Below are positions 31,510-41,128 of a stretch of 64,000 nt of DNA, in pieces. The first letter of the stretch is position 1. The number at the start of each line of letters is the position of its first letter. A program made the translations under genes and the position numbers. The notes beneath the pieces were generated by a model. That model had not been told where the DNA came from. It did not search any database and saw only the letters and a program-made list of their open reading frames with translations. Source of the DNA: Thermodesulfobacteriota bacterium (GTDB lineage Bacteria; Desulfobacterota; BSN033; UBA1163); assembly GCA_041947025.1 (NCBI GenBank), contig JBHGBJ010000004.1, positions 85,580 through 149,579 of the forward strand, read 5' to 3'.

Positions 31510-32425
31510 AAATAGGGACACATACCATTTTTCTTGACATTGATCGTAAAAGGGATTTTAATGATCTTATGTCACGAATTGCCCGAATCATCGGAGCCGG
31601 GTATCCCCATCATATTGTCCAACGGGGCAACAACAGGGAAAAAGTCTTTTTTGATCCCGGAGACTACCAAAGGTATCTCTCCTTCGTCTCAAGATATTCA
31701 GAAGAGAAAGAAGCCGCTATCCTTGCTTACTGCCTCATGCCTAATCACATCCACCTGCTCGTGAGGCCCTCGGACGAGGAAAATCTCGCCAAGATGATGC
31801 AGGGGATCACACTCTGCTACAGCAAATATTTTAACGGAGAAAATGGGCGGACCGGAAGACTCTGGGAATGCAGATACCATTCCACTGTCATCGATGGGGA
31901 GAGATATCTGTGGGCCGTCAGCAAGTATATTGAGAATAATCCTGTCAGAGCCGGGATGGTCAAAAAACCCGAGGATTACCTCTACTCCAGCGCGAAGAAT
32001 CATCTTTTGGGAATCGAGGATCCCCTTCTCAAAGACCCACTCTTCGATAGCAGCCAGCTGAAAGAATACCGAAGCTTCATGAAGTTAGAGGAAGGAAAAG
32101 GTATTCTGGAGGAGATAAGGAAGCAGACAAGATCGGGCAGACCTCTCGGTGATGAGGGATTTCTCAAGATTCTTTCTGAGAGAATGGGTTGCAGCATGTC
32201 TTTTAGGCAAAGGGGAAGACCGAGGAAGAAGACAGAAGGATGCTGACGACGCGGAGAAAGGATGACGCGGTGATAGCGAAACGAGGAGAGACTTTTTCTC
32301 CGAGTCTCCGTGCCTGCGCGCTGAAGCGCAGCGTGTCTCCGATTCCCGGTGTGAGAAATATTCTGCGTCACTCCATCTCGTCTGGATATTTTGACATCCT
32401 TAAAAATGGTATGTGTCCCGATTTA
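31507..32425 (+). mobile_element. REP-associated tyrosine transposase (RAYT) unit: RAYT gene bracketed by inverted REP copies (AAAATAGGGACACATACCATTTTT at 31507-31532 and AAAAATGGTATGTGTCCCGATTT at 32398-32425)
   Basis: REPs read directly in inverted orientation, flanking CDS 31569-32246. Confidence 0.7.
31569..32246 (+). CDS. REP-associated tyrosine transposase (IS200-like Y1 HuH transposase)
   Basis: HuH motif PNHIHLLVRP, catalytic-Tyr region RYHSTVIDGERYL, N-terminus MSRIARIIGAGYPHHIVQRGNN typical of RAYTs. Confidence 0.75.
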   Translation: MSRIARIIGAGYPHHIVQRGNNREKVFFDPGDYQRYLSFVSRYSEEKEAAILAYCLMPNHIHLLVRPSDEENLAKMMQGITLCYSKYFNGENGRTGRLWECRYHSTVIDGERYLWAVSKYIENNPVRAGMVKKPEDYLYSSAKNHLLGIEDPLLKDPLFDSSQLKEYRSFMKLEEGKGILEEIRKQTRSGRPLGDEGFLKILSERMGCSMSFRQRGRPRKKTEGC

Positions 32426-33027
32426 TGAAGGTAACTCATTTTCCTAATGCGGCTTTTGATGTGGTGGCCATGGCCGCCTCTGCCGGCGGTCTCACGGCCT
32501 TGAGCAAGATCCTCGCCGCCCTGCCTCAAGATTTTCCCGCGGCGATTCTCGTCGTTCAGCACCTGGACCCGCGGCACCGGAGCCTGATGGCTGAGATTCT
32601 CAGCCGGCGCACACCCCTGAAGATTCAGGAGGCCAGAGAAGGAGATACCTTGGCCCCCGGGACCGTTTACATCGCCCCTCCGAACCGGCACCTCTTGGTC
32701 AACATTGACGGCACCCTCTCCCTTTCTCAGTCGGAATTGGTTCACTTTGTCCGGCCTTCTGCCGACTTGCTCTTCGAGTCCGTGGCAGCCATTTACAAGG
32801 ATCGTGCGATCGCCGTTGTCCTCACCGGAACCGGAAGTGACGGCACCATGGGAGTTCAGGCGATTAAGAAGATGGGCGGTACGGTCGTTGCCCAGGACGA
32901 GAAGACATCGGAGTTTTACGGTATGCCGAGTGCAGCCATCCAGACCGGCAACGTTGATTTCATCCTTCCCCTCGATGAGATCCCCTCAGCCCTGATCACC
33001 CTGGTCATGAAAGGAGACGCCTTATGA
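32425..33027 (+). CDS. CheB-type protein-glutamate methylesterase catalytic domain (no receiver domain)
   Basis: VVAMAASAGG...HxxxSLMAEIL...GTGSDGTMG...GMP motifs of the CheB methylesterase fold. Confidence 0.8.
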   Translation: MKVTHFPNAAFDVVAMAASAGGLTALSKILAALPQDFPAAILVVQHLDPRHRSLMAEILSRRTPLKIQEAREGDTLAPGTVYIAPPNRHLLVNIDGTLSLSQSELVHFVRPSADLLFESVAAIYKDRAIAVVLTGTGSDGTMGVQAIKKMGGTVVAQDEKTSEFYGMPSAAIQTGNVDFILPLDEIPSALITLVMKGDAL

Positions 33028-34883
33028 ACGCCGCCCAACCGGACAAGGAATTCGAAGCGCTCCTCGAATACCTTCAAAGCACCCGTGGGTTTGATTTCGC
33101 GGCCTACAAGAGGCCCAGTCTGATGCGTCGGGTGACCAAGCGCATGCAGATGATTAAGATAGATAAATTCTCAGACTACATGGACTACCTGGAGGTTCAT
33201 CCCGAGGAGTTTGCACAGCTCTTTGACACCATCCTGATTAACGTCACCTCTTTTTTCCGTGATCAACCTGCCTGGGACTTTCTTTCCCAGCAGATTCTTC
33301 CGAAAATCCTGGAAGCGAAGAGGTCGAACGATCCCATCCGCGTCTGGAGCGCCGGCTGCGCCTCCGGCGAAGAAGCTTACAGCATTGCCATTTTGTTTGC
33401 AGAGGCCCTCGGCCCTGATGCATTTCGTGATCGCGTGAAGATCTATGCCACGGACGTGGATGAAGAGGCTCTCACCCACGCCCGCCACGCAAGCTACAGT
33501 GAAAAGGACCTCGATCCTGTTCCTCCGGAGCTTCGGGAAAAGTATTTTGAGCATGGGGCGAGCCGCCTGATTTTTCGCAATGACCTCCGCCGCTCCGTCA
33601 TCTTCGGTCGTCACGACCTGGTCCAGGATGCTCCCATCTCGCGCCTCGATCTTCTCACATGCCGCAACACCCTGATGTATTTCAACGCGGAGATTCAAGG
33701 CCGCATCCTGGCCCGGTTCCATTTCGCCCTCAATGATCCCGGCTACCTCTTCCTGGGAAGGGCTGAAATGCTTCTGACACACACCAGTATCTTCACTCCG
33801 GTAGAGCTGAAATGCCGTATCTTCTCGAAAGTCCCCAAGATTCAGATGCGCGACCGGCTCCTCGTCCTTGCCCAGGCAGGAAACATGGAGGTCGGAAACC
33901 ATCTGGCCAGACAGTTGCGTGTCCGCGATGTCGCCTTCGAATCGTCTCCCATGGCGCAGATCGTGGTCGATGCCGATGGAAACCTGGCCATGGCCAGCGA
34001 ACGGGCAAGGACGCTGTTCGGTCTCACCCAGAGGGATGTCGGACGTCCCTTTCAGGACCTTGAACTGTCTTATCGACCGATCGATCTGAGATCCCTGATC
34101 GACAAATGCGAAAACGAGAGGCGCATCGTGAAGGCGGAGAATGTCCAACGTCAACTGTCGGATGGATCGCCCCAGTCTCTTGAAATCCAGCTGACCCCCT
34201 TGGTCGAGAACGGCGCAACCATTGGGGTGAGCATCGTTTTTAACGATCAGACCCGCTATCTTAAGCTCCAGGAAGAGCTTCAGCGCAACCAACAGGAGCT
34301 CGAAACCGCCTACGAAGAGCTTCAGTCAGCCAACGAAGAGCTCGAAACCACCAACGAGGAACTCCAGTCGACCAATGAAGAGCTTGAAACCACCAACGAG
34401 GAGCTCCAGTCTTCGAACGAAGAGCTGGAAACCATGAACGAAGAGCTCCAATCCACGAACGAAGAGCTTTCGACGATCAATGAGGAGCTGCGGCAGCGCA
34501 CGGAAGAGCTCAACCAGACAAACGCTTTTCTTCAATCGATCCTCGGCAGCCTCCACGGCGGGGTTGCCGTCTTGGATGCAAGGCAAAACATCATCTCCTG
34601 GAGCCGCAGGGCAGAGGACCTCTGGGGACTTCGCCCCGAAGAGGTCCAAGGCCGGTCTTTCGTAAGCCTCGATATTGGCCTGCCCGTAGAAGAGCTGAAG
34701 ACGGCGATTCGGGCCTGTCTCGTGGCAGATTCCGAATACGAGGAAGTCATCGTCGATGCGGTCAATCGCAAGGGCAGGACCATCAATTGTCGCGTCACCT
34801 GCACCCCCATTGTCGGAGCGGCCAAGGAGCGCCATGGCGCCATCCTGATGATGGAAGAGCTCGATTCCGGATGCAAGAAATAG
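33024..34883 (+). CDS. CheR-type SAM-dependent methyltransferase fused to a coiled-coil with repeated NEELQST/NEELETT heptads and a C-terminal PAS domain
   Basis: CheR N-terminal and MTase motifs (VWSAGCASGEEAYSIAI); 21-bp imperfect tandem coding repeats at about 34290-34500; start overlaps the cheB-like stop. Confidence 0.8.
   Translation: MNAAQPDKEFEALLEYLQSTRGFDFAAYKRPSLMRRVTKRMQMIKIDKFSDYMDYLEVHPEEFAQLFDTILINVTSFFRDQPAWDFLSQQILPKILEAKRSNDPIRVWSAGCASGEEAYSIAILFAEALGPDAFRDRVKIYATDVDEEALTHARHASYSEKDLDPVPPELREKYFEHGASRLIFRNDLRRSVIFGRHDLVQDAPISRLDLLTCRNTLMYFNAEIQGRILARFHFALNDPGYLFLGRAEMLLTHTSIFTPVELKCRIFSKVPKIQMRDRLLVLAQAGNMEVGNHLARQLRVRDVAFESSPMAQIVVDADGNLAMASERARTLFGLTQRDVGRPFQDLELSYRPIDLRSLIDKCENERRIVKAENVQRQLSDGSPQSLEIQLTPLVENGATIGVSIVFNDQTRYLKLQEELQRNQQELETAYEELQSANEELETTNEELQSTNEELETTNEELQSSNEELETMNEELQSTNEELSTINEELRQRTEELNQTNAFLQSILGSLHGGVAVLDARQNIISWSRRAEDLWGLRPEEVQGRSFVSLDIGLPVEELKTAIRACLVADSEYEEVIVDAVNRKGRTINCRVTCTPIVGAAKERHGAILMMEELDSGCKK
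34290..34500 (+). repeat. Coding 21-bp tandem repeats (about 9 units) encoding heptads E-E-L-(Q/E)-(S/T)-(T/A)-N
   Basis: Read directly in both DNA and translation. Confidence 0.7.
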
Positions 34884-34912
34884 ATTCGGACACCGGCGCC
34901 CAGGATATCCCC

Positions 34913-37870
34913 ATGAAGGCAACAAACAAGACCAAAGCAGATCTGATCGAAAAGAACAAGGATGCGGGGCGGAGCCTTAAAGAGGCCAAAGAGAAGCTAT
35001 CAACTCACCGGAAAGATGAAGCTACGCTTCTCCTTGCCCAGGAACTGGCGCACACCATCCTTGACCAGTCAACAGAAGTCATCATGATCTGCGATGAAAA
35101 TGGCAAAATTATTCAGGCGAGCCAGATGGCACACCGGTACTTCGGAGCAAAGATACTACGCCAGCAATTTGATTCTCTCTGCCGTTTGTCGATCACATCC
35201 CCTTCTCCCTTGCAACCAAATCAGTTTTCCGTCTCCTCCGTTTTGTCGGGCAAGATCATCCGCTCTCTGGAAGTCACTCACAGAGGAGATGATGCCAAAG
35301 AGTCCTATTTCCTCCTGAGATCAAGGCCCTTAACCCATAATGGAAAGAGAATCTTGGGTTGCGTCGTCAGCCTGACTGACATCACCGAGCGCAAGCAAGC
35401 GGAGGAGGAGCTCAGAAATTCTCGTAACGAGCTGGAAAGAAGGGTTCTGGAACGAACTGCCGAACTGTCAGCGACCAATGAACAATTGAAGACCGAAATC
35501 GACATCCGCAAGCAAACCGAAAAGGTTCTGGAAAAGATGACCCGGGAACTGTCGGAACGAGTCAAGGAAATAAACTGTCTCCATTCTGTCTGCTATTCCA
35601 TTGAAAAGAGGTACCTTGGAGTAGATGAGAAACTTGAAAATATTGTTCACCAAATTCCGTCAGGGTGGCAGTTTTCCGAGATCGCCTGTGCGAGAATCAC
35701 TCTGGAAGAAAATGAGTACCGAACCGATAACTTCAAAGAGACCCCGTGGAGGCAGGCGAGTCAAATCGTGTTTGATGGCCGCGAAGTCGGGGCGATCGAG
35801 GTCTACTATCTGGAAGAAAGACCCGAGGCGGATGAGGGACCTTTCCTCAAGGAGGAGAGGGATCTCATTAACACGATTGCCATTGAATTAGGAGAGATGA
35901 TTGCCCATCTCCAGGCGGACGAGGCCATCAAAAGAGAACGGCAGCGATTTAATGATGTCCTGGAGATCCTGCCGGTTTACGTGGTCCTCTTGTCACCGGA
36001 TTATCACGTGCCTTTTGCCAATCGCTTCTTCCGGGAGCGCTTCGGTGAGTCCCAGGGTCGGCGCTGCTTTGAATACTTGTTTGACCGAAGGGAGCCCTGC
36101 GAGGTTTGTGAAACCTATACCGTTGTGAAGACCCACGCCCCTCACCACTGGGAGTGGAAGGGCCCGGACAATCGGATTTACGACATCTACGATTTCCCCT
36201 TTACGGACACGGACGGTTCCCCCCTCATCATGGAGATGGGCATCGACATTACCGAGCGGAAGCGGGCAGAAGAGGCCCTGAGGACCGCCCACCAATACAA
36301 CCGGAGCCTCATCGAGGCAAGCCTTGATCCCCTCGTTACCATAGACGCGAACGGCAAAGTGATGGATGTAAACAGTGCTACGGAGCGGGTGACCGGCGTT
36401 TCCCGCAACGAAATCATCGGCAGCGATTTCTCAAGTTACTTCACAGAACCGGAGAAGGCAGAGGAAGGTTATCAAAAGGTCTTCGCAGAAGGATCGGTCA
36501 GAGATTATCCCCTTGCCATCCGTCACGAATCGGGCAAGGTCACCGATGTCTTATACAACGCCGCCGTCTATAAGAACGAGGCCGGTGAAGTCCGGGGCGT
36601 TTTTGCTGCGGCAAGGGACGTGACTGAGCTCGCGGAGACCAGGAAGCATATCGAAGCGACCAATGCTCTCCTCAGTCTCTTTGTCAAGATGCGAGCACGG
36701 AGCGATTATCTCGATGCAGTCCTGAAGCTGATCCAAGCCTGGACCGGCTGCCGATGCGTGGGCATCCGGGTATTGAATGAAAGAGATTATATCCCCTATG
36801 AATCCTATGTGGGATTCGGCCGGGAGTTCTGGGAATCGGAGAATTTGCTCTCCGTGAAATATGACCAGTGCGCTTGCATCAGGGTGATCACCGGCAACCC
36901 CGATCCTCAAGATCTTCGGACCATGACACCGGCAGGCTCTTTTCGTTGTGAGAATACCTTTGAATTTGTCGGAGGCCTATCGGAAGAGGAGAAGGCAAGG
37001 TTCAGAGGCGTCTGCATCCAGAATGGGTTCAGGTCGGTTGCCATCATTCCCATTCGTTACCGCGATCGGGTCCTCGGTGCAGTTCATCTGGCAGACGAAA
37101 GAGCGGCCCATGTGCCGCTCACGAGAATAGAATTTATCGAATCCATGGCGCCCCTGATCGGAGAGGCAATGAACCGGTTCAATTTGGAGGAAGAATTGAA
37201 AGATTCGGAGAACCGGCTCCGGTATCTCTCTTCTCAGCTTCTGACCGTCCAGGAAAATGAGAGGAAACGGATTTCAAGGGAGGTTCATGACAGTCTCGGA
37301 CAAACCCTTGCTGCGATAAAATTCGGATTGGAAAGCAAGCTGAGCCAGATGGGCAAAGGTTCCGCACCGCCGGGAGTCTCTGTAGAAGGTCTCATCTCTC
37401 TGACTCAAAACGGGATCGATGAGGCCCGAAGAATCCAGATGGATCTCAGACCTTCGATCCTCGATGATCTCGGGATCATCTCCACCCTCAGCTGGTTCTG
37501 CCGGGAATTCCAAAGGATCTATCCGGCGATCCGGATCGAAACGCAGATCGCTGTCCAGGAAGAAGAAATATCCGGCCCCCTCAAAACCGTGATCTATCGG
37601 GTGATGCAGGAGGCCCTGAATAATACCGCCAAACATAGCAAGGCAGACCGCGTCCGCCTTTCTCTGGGAAAAGCCGACTCTAAGATGCAGCTGATCATCG
37701 AAGACAATGGGAGAGGATTCGACCCGGAAGGTCTGATTTTAACCCAAGGCCCTGAGAGAGGAATCGGCCTCAGCAGCATGAGAGAGCGAACCGAATTTGC
37801 CGGCGGGGTTTTCACCATCGAAGCGGCTATCGGAAAAGGAACGACGATCAAAGCGAGCTGGCCCATTTGA
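34913..37870 (+). CDS. Multi-sensor signal-transduction histidine kinase (several PAS domains, a GAF domain, HisKA_3 dimerisation/phospho-acceptor and HATPase_c)
   Basis: H-box REVHDSLGQTLAAIKF (HisKA_3, pairs with NarL/LuxR response regulators); N/G boxes near the C-terminus; PAS-like blocks; Cys cluster RRCFEYLFDRREPCEVCE. Confidence 0.8.
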   Translation: MKATNKTKADLIEKNKDAGRSLKEAKEKLSTHRKDEATLLLAQELAHTILDQSTEVIMICDENGKIIQASQMAHRYFGAKILRQQFDSLCRLSITSPSPLQPNQFSVSSVLSGKIIRSLEVTHRGDDAKESYFLLRSRPLTHNGKRILGCVVSLTDITERKQAEEELRNSRNELERRVLERTAELSATNEQLKTEIDIRKQTEKVLEKMTRELSERVKEINCLHSVCYSIEKRYLGVDEKLENIVHQIPSGWQFSEIACARITLEENEYRTDNFKETPWRQASQIVFDGREVGAIEVYYLEERPEADEGPFLKEERDLINTIAIELGEMIAHLQADEAIKRERQRFNDVLEILPVYVVLLSPDYHVPFANRFFRERFGESQGRRCFEYLFDRREPCEVCETYTVVKTHAPHHWEWKGPDNRIYDIYDFPFTDTDGSPLIMEMGIDITERKRAEEALRTAHQYNRSLIEASLDPLVTIDANGKVMDVNSATERVTGVSRNEIIGSDFSSYFTEPEKAEEGYQKVFAEGSVRDYPLAIRHESGKVTDVLYNAAVYKNEAGEVRGVFAAARDVTELAETRKHIEATNALLSLFVKMRARSDYLDAVLKLIQAWTGCRCVGIRVLNERDYIPYESYVGFGREFWESENLLSVKYDQCACIRVITGNPDPQDLRTMTPAGSFRCENTFEFVGGLSEEEKARFRGVCIQNGFRSVAIIPIRYRDRVLGAVHLADERAAHVPLTRIEFIESMAPLIGEAMNRFNLEEELKDSENRLRYLSSQLLTVQENERKRISREVHDSLGQTLAAIKFGLESKLSQMGKGSAPPGVSVEGLISLTQNGIDEARRIQMDLRPSILDDLGIISTLSWFCREFQRIYPAIRIETQIAVQEEEISGPLKTVIYRVMQEALNNTAKHSKADRVRLSLGKADSKMQLIIEDNGRGFDPEGLILTQGPERGIGLSSMRERTEFAGGVFTIEAAIGKGTTIKASWPI

Positions 37871-37965
37871 ATTTCAGATTTCAGATTTCAAATTTCAAAT
37901 TTTAAATCTCAGATTGAAGAAAGACAAACCATTTGAATTTCAGATTTCAAATTGAAGATCCATCA
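37871..37965. repeat. Heptamer array (GATTTCA / AATTTCA units); the inverted complement of the array lies at 38400-38450
   Basis: TGAATTTCAGATTTCAGATTTCAAATTTCAAATTT versus CAATCTGAAATCTGCAATTTGAAATTTGAAATT. Confidence 0.6.
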
Positions 37966-38034
37966 GGAAACATTGCTCAATTGATCGCAGATTCAAATGC
38001 TTTCTTAAATGTGAAATGATTTCGGGAGGGCTAA

Positions 38035-38388
38035 ATGGACCAGGAACAGCTGAAAGTAAGAACGAAGGAATTTGCAAAACAAGTGATCTCTTTGTGTAGA
38101 CAGCTTCCTGCTACAGGGAAGGGAGACTGATTGGAGACCAATTTTTCGCTCGGGCACTTCGGTAGGAGCAAATTACAGGGCAGCCTGCCGGGCACGGTCA
38201 AGGCCGGATTTTATCTCGAAGCTCAGTATCGTGCTGGAAGAAACGGACGAATCGCTTTACTGGATGGAGATCCTTAATGAAAATAGGATTCTGAATTCAA
38301 AACCTCTTCCGGGGTTAATGAAAGAGGCAAAAGAACTCATTGCCATTTTCGTTTCAAGTCTGAATACGGCCAGGGGTAGGCAATAAAT
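38035..38388 (+). pseudogene. Four-helix-bundle protein gene (TIGR02436-like; formerly called 23S rRNA intervening-sequence protein) disrupted by frameshifts
   Basis: N-terminal part MDQEQLKVRTKEFAKQVISLCRQLPATGKGD in one frame; C-terminal part FRSGTSVGANYRAACRARSRPDFISKLSIVLEETDESLYWMEILNE... in another frame. One break falls in a T5 run. Confidence 0.5.
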
Positions 38389-38399
38389 ACCGCCCAATT

Positions 38400-38450
38400 T
38401 CCAATGCGTTTCATGTTTCAATCTGAAATCTGCAATTTGAAATTTGAAAT
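38400..38450. repeat. Right-hand heptamer inverted repeat, partner of 37871-37965
   Basis: See the partner feature. Confidence 0.6.
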
Positions 38451-38455
38451 TAGTT

Positions 38456-39115
38456 TTATTCTCGTGAGACCAGGCCTTTTTCGATGGCGAAGGCGGTCAG
38501 GGCTTGTACATTATGGAAGTCCAGTTTCTCCATGATGTTGGCCCGGTGTTTCTCAATCGTTTTCACGCTGATGCAAAGCTCCTGGGCAATCTCCTTATTC
38601 TTATATCCTTCTGCAATCATCTTCAGGACTTCACGTTCCCGGGGGGTCAGCGATTCCCAGGCCGTGCGCGTTTTCAAGGTTTTCCTTCCTTCCAGGTACC
38701 CCTCGATCACTTTCTCGGAAACCTCCGGGCTGATATAAGGTTTGCCGCTCAACACTTTTCTGACCGCCATCACTAATTCTGTGTGGGTGGAATCCTTTAA
38801 AAGATATCCGTCAGCTCCCGCCTTCAGCGTATTGAGAATATACTCCTCAGCCCTGTGGACGGTCAAAACCAGGATCCTCGTCTTCGGACACTGCCTCTTG
38901 ATCTCCCGGATGGCTTCCATTCCATTCATCCGGGGCATGGAAAGATCGGTCAGGATCAGATCCGGCTTATGTTCCTCAACCTGTCGGATCGCCTCACGGC
39001 CATCTTCAGCCTCCGCCACGATCTCAAATTCCGGGTGAGAAGAGAGAAGGGATTTTAAGCCCTCCCTGAGGATGGTATGGTCTTCAGCGATTACAATTCG
39101 AAACTTTTTCTCCAT
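38456..39115 (-). CDS. NarL/LuxR-family response regulator (REC plus LuxR HTH)
   Basis: Likely start MEKKFRIVIAEDH; LILTDLSMPRMNG receiver Asp; C-terminal LTPREREVL...IAQEL.ISVKTIEKHRANIMEKL. Confidence 0.85.
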   Translation of the reverse strand: MEKKFRIVIAEDHTILREGLKSLLSSHPEFEIVAEAEDGREAIRQVEEHKPDLILTDLSMPRMNGMEAIREIKRQCPKTRILVLTVHRAEEYILNTLKAGADGYLLKDSTHTELVMAVRKVLSGKPYISPEVSEKVIEGYLEGRKTLKTRTAWESLTPREREVLKMIAEGYKNKEIAQELCISVKTIEKHRANIMEKLDFHNVQALTAFAIEKGLVSRE

Positions 39116-39226
39116 AATGCCGGCCCTTCCCTTTCTCAAATCGTTGGAAAATACATGAAATCATCTCACCAAATACTGTCAATACCTTATTTAGCATTTC
39201 GTGAAGTAATAGTAAAGTAGAAAAAA

Positions 39227-39649
39227 ATGCGAAAGGCTTTCGCCGTGTCCAGAATATTGATTATAGAGAACAGCACCATTTACCGACAATTATTAAAAGA
39301 AACCCTCCAGTCCCGATTCCCATCGGTGGAGATCCTCGAGGCAGTGGATGGAGAGGAGGCACTTCAGCAGATTCATGCCTTCTCCCCGGACCTGATCTTT
39401 ATGGATATCAAATTGCCCGGAACCAACGGGCTGGAGTTGACCAGAAAAATAAAAGACCAATATCCTGCCTTGCCGATTGTCATCCTTACAGCCTATGACC
39501 TGCCGGAATACCGGGAGGCGGCATCGCAATCCAAGGCGGATTACTTTCTCGCAAAGGGTTCCGCGACAAGGGCGGATATCTCCACCATGGTTGGATCCAT
39601 ATTATCCACCCTGTGTCAGAACCGGACGGGTCCCCGAAATGGGGATTGA
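39227..39649 (+). CDS. Stand-alone CheY-like receiver-domain protein
   Basis: 140 aa; FMDIKLPGTNG phospho-acceptor Asp region, ILTAY, LAKG Lys; the N-terminal acidic pair is replaced by EN. Confidence 0.65.
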   Translation: MRKAFAVSRILIIENSTIYRQLLKETLQSRFPSVEILEAVDGEEALQQIHAFSPDLIFMDIKLPGTNGLELTRKIKDQYPALPIVILTAYDLPEYREAASQSKADYFLAKGSATRADISTMVGSILSTLCQNRTGPRNGD

Positions 39650-40031
39650 CCTAAAAATAGGGTCTTTTTGTTCAAGAAATACTGGGTTTTACTGATTTAC
39701 TCATCCGGCAGGCTCTGCTATTTATGACCAAAGAAAAACGGAGGGATAGCCGGGCAAAACCTTTTCGACCGACGCCGGTTTAGCGGCTGAACAAGCGAGC
39801 GAACGAAGATGATCGTTTTTTCCATAAAAATTCAATTCATCAAGTGGGAAATCCGGTTTCTTAAATTCAGATGGCGGAGATTGGAACAGGAAAGAATGCC
39901 TCATCCCTCACCCTTACGGAACGGAAGAGATCGTCCTTGTCTCACTGGAATCTCTGAATTTCGGGGCCTGTTATGAAATGCGCACAGCGCGGGTGCGGCC
40001 TCGGTTTCCGTAAAGAGAGGCAAGCCGAAAG

Positions 40032-40301
40032 ATGAACGATAAAAGAAAGGAAGAGACCATGAGCGCGATGAAGGCGGGAGAAATATGGCTGAACAGCATC
40101 ACAGGGGGAATTTACAAGATCCGGGACATCATAAACCAGATGGTCATCCTGCAGTCGGTCAGGGGGGCAAACCAGATCCTTACAAGCAAAGAATGCTTGA
40201 ATCTTTTTTATGTCATGGTTCCTCGCGAAGAGGATTCCAGATTTCCTTCAGAAAGGGGCCGGCCTTCCCCGGCAGTCAGAAGAATCGAAGAGCCTTGCTG
40301 A
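40032..40301 (+). CDS. Hypothetical small protein
   Basis: ORF only; no recognisable motif. Confidence 0.2.
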   Translation: MNDKRKEETMSAMKAGEIWLNSITGGIYKIRDIINQMVILQSVRGANQILTSKECLNLFYVMVPREEDSRFPSERGRPSPAVRRIEEPC

Positions 40302-40310
40302 TCCATTCGA

Positions 40311-41006
40311 ATGAAACGATTGGTTCTTAGCCGAAGAAGATTCTTAAACCTGTGGGGAGCCGGAATCATCTCCTTTTTGATCCGTCCTCAAGACATTTCC
40401 TTCGCTCAGGCGAGAAAGGAGGCACCAATGGCCTATACTGCCAAAGATTACAATCGACTTTTGGGAATGGAGGGGTTCAGCGACACCCTTCTCAAGAACC
40501 ACTTCACCCTGTACCAAGGTTATGTCAACAATACCAACAAGCTGGTGGAGGCGTTTGCTCAGATGCTCAAGGAAGGAAAGGTGGCGACCCCCGAGTTTGC
40601 CGAGCTCAGGAGGAGGTTTGGATGGGAGTTCAACGGGATGAGACTGCATGAGTACTATTTTGAAAACCTCGGCGGAAAAGGAGGACTGGATAAGGCAGGC
40701 AAGCTCTTCAAGAAGATGTCGGAAGATTTCGGCGGGTACGAACCCTGGGAAAAAGAATTTAAGGCCGTGGGAGCCATGCGCGGGATCGGCTGGGCCGTTC
40801 TCTACCAGGACAGTCTCAACGGGAAACTCATCAACTTCTGGATCAACGAGCATGATGGTGGACATCCTGCCGGCTGCATCCCCCTGCTGATATTGGATGT
40901 TTTTGAACATGCCTTCATGATTGATTATGGATTGAAGAGAGCAGACTATATCGAAGCTTTTTTTAAGAATATCAACTGGAAAGGCGTAGAAGGAAGGCTG
41001 AAGTGA
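40311..41006 (+). CDS. Fe/Mn superoxide dismutase family protein with twin-arginine signal peptide (diverged)
   Basis: SRRRFLNLWGAGI Tat motif; C-terminal DVFEHAFMIDY matches the DVWEHAYY(L)DY metal-ligand motif; N-terminal NHFTLYQGYVNNTN resembles HHxKHH..YVNNLN. Confidence 0.6.
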   Translation: MKRLVLSRRRFLNLWGAGIISFLIRPQDISFAQARKEAPMAYTAKDYNRLLGMEGFSDTLLKNHFTLYQGYVNNTNKLVEAFAQMLKEGKVATPEFAELRRRFGWEFNGMRLHEYYFENLGGKGGLDKAGKLFKKMSEDFGGYEPWEKEFKAVGAMRGIGWAVLYQDSLNGKLINFWINEHDGGHPAGCIPLLILDVFEHAFMIDYGLKRADYIEAFFKNINWKGVEGRLK

Positions 41007-41071
41007 ATCAATAATCCGCGTGTTTCCCCCTTTACAAAAGGGGGAGTTTCCTTATGTCCTCCCTCTTCTAA

Positions 41072-41100
41072 AGCCTGCCTGTAGGCAGGGGAGGTGCGGA
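41072..41100. repeat. GCCTGCCTGtaGGCAGGGGAGG palindrome preceded by CCCCCTTTacaAAAGGGGGAG hairpin (41028-41050)
   Basis: Read directly; same family as 6644 and 6735. Confidence 0.5.
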
Positions 41101-41128
41101 GGGATTAAATTAAAAGGAGGTAAAGGAC

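Noticed and set aside
33171-34292. 373-aa minus ORF inside the CheR-PAS gene
   Set aside because: It is antisense to a motif-supported CDS.
34290-34500. 21-bp tandem repeats that could be mistaken for a CRISPR-like or VNTR array
   Set aside because: There are no spacers, and the repeats are imperfect and in-frame. They encode coiled-coil heptads (NEELQST/NEELETT) of the CheR-PAS protein.
39722-39904. 60-aa minus ORF in the 39650-40030 gap
   Set aside because: It has no RBS or motifs and is likely non-coding. The gap may hold a promoter or sRNA, but I cannot support a call.
40344-40910. 188-aa minus-strand ORF
   Set aside because: It lies entirely antisense to the SOD-like gene and has no recognisable features.
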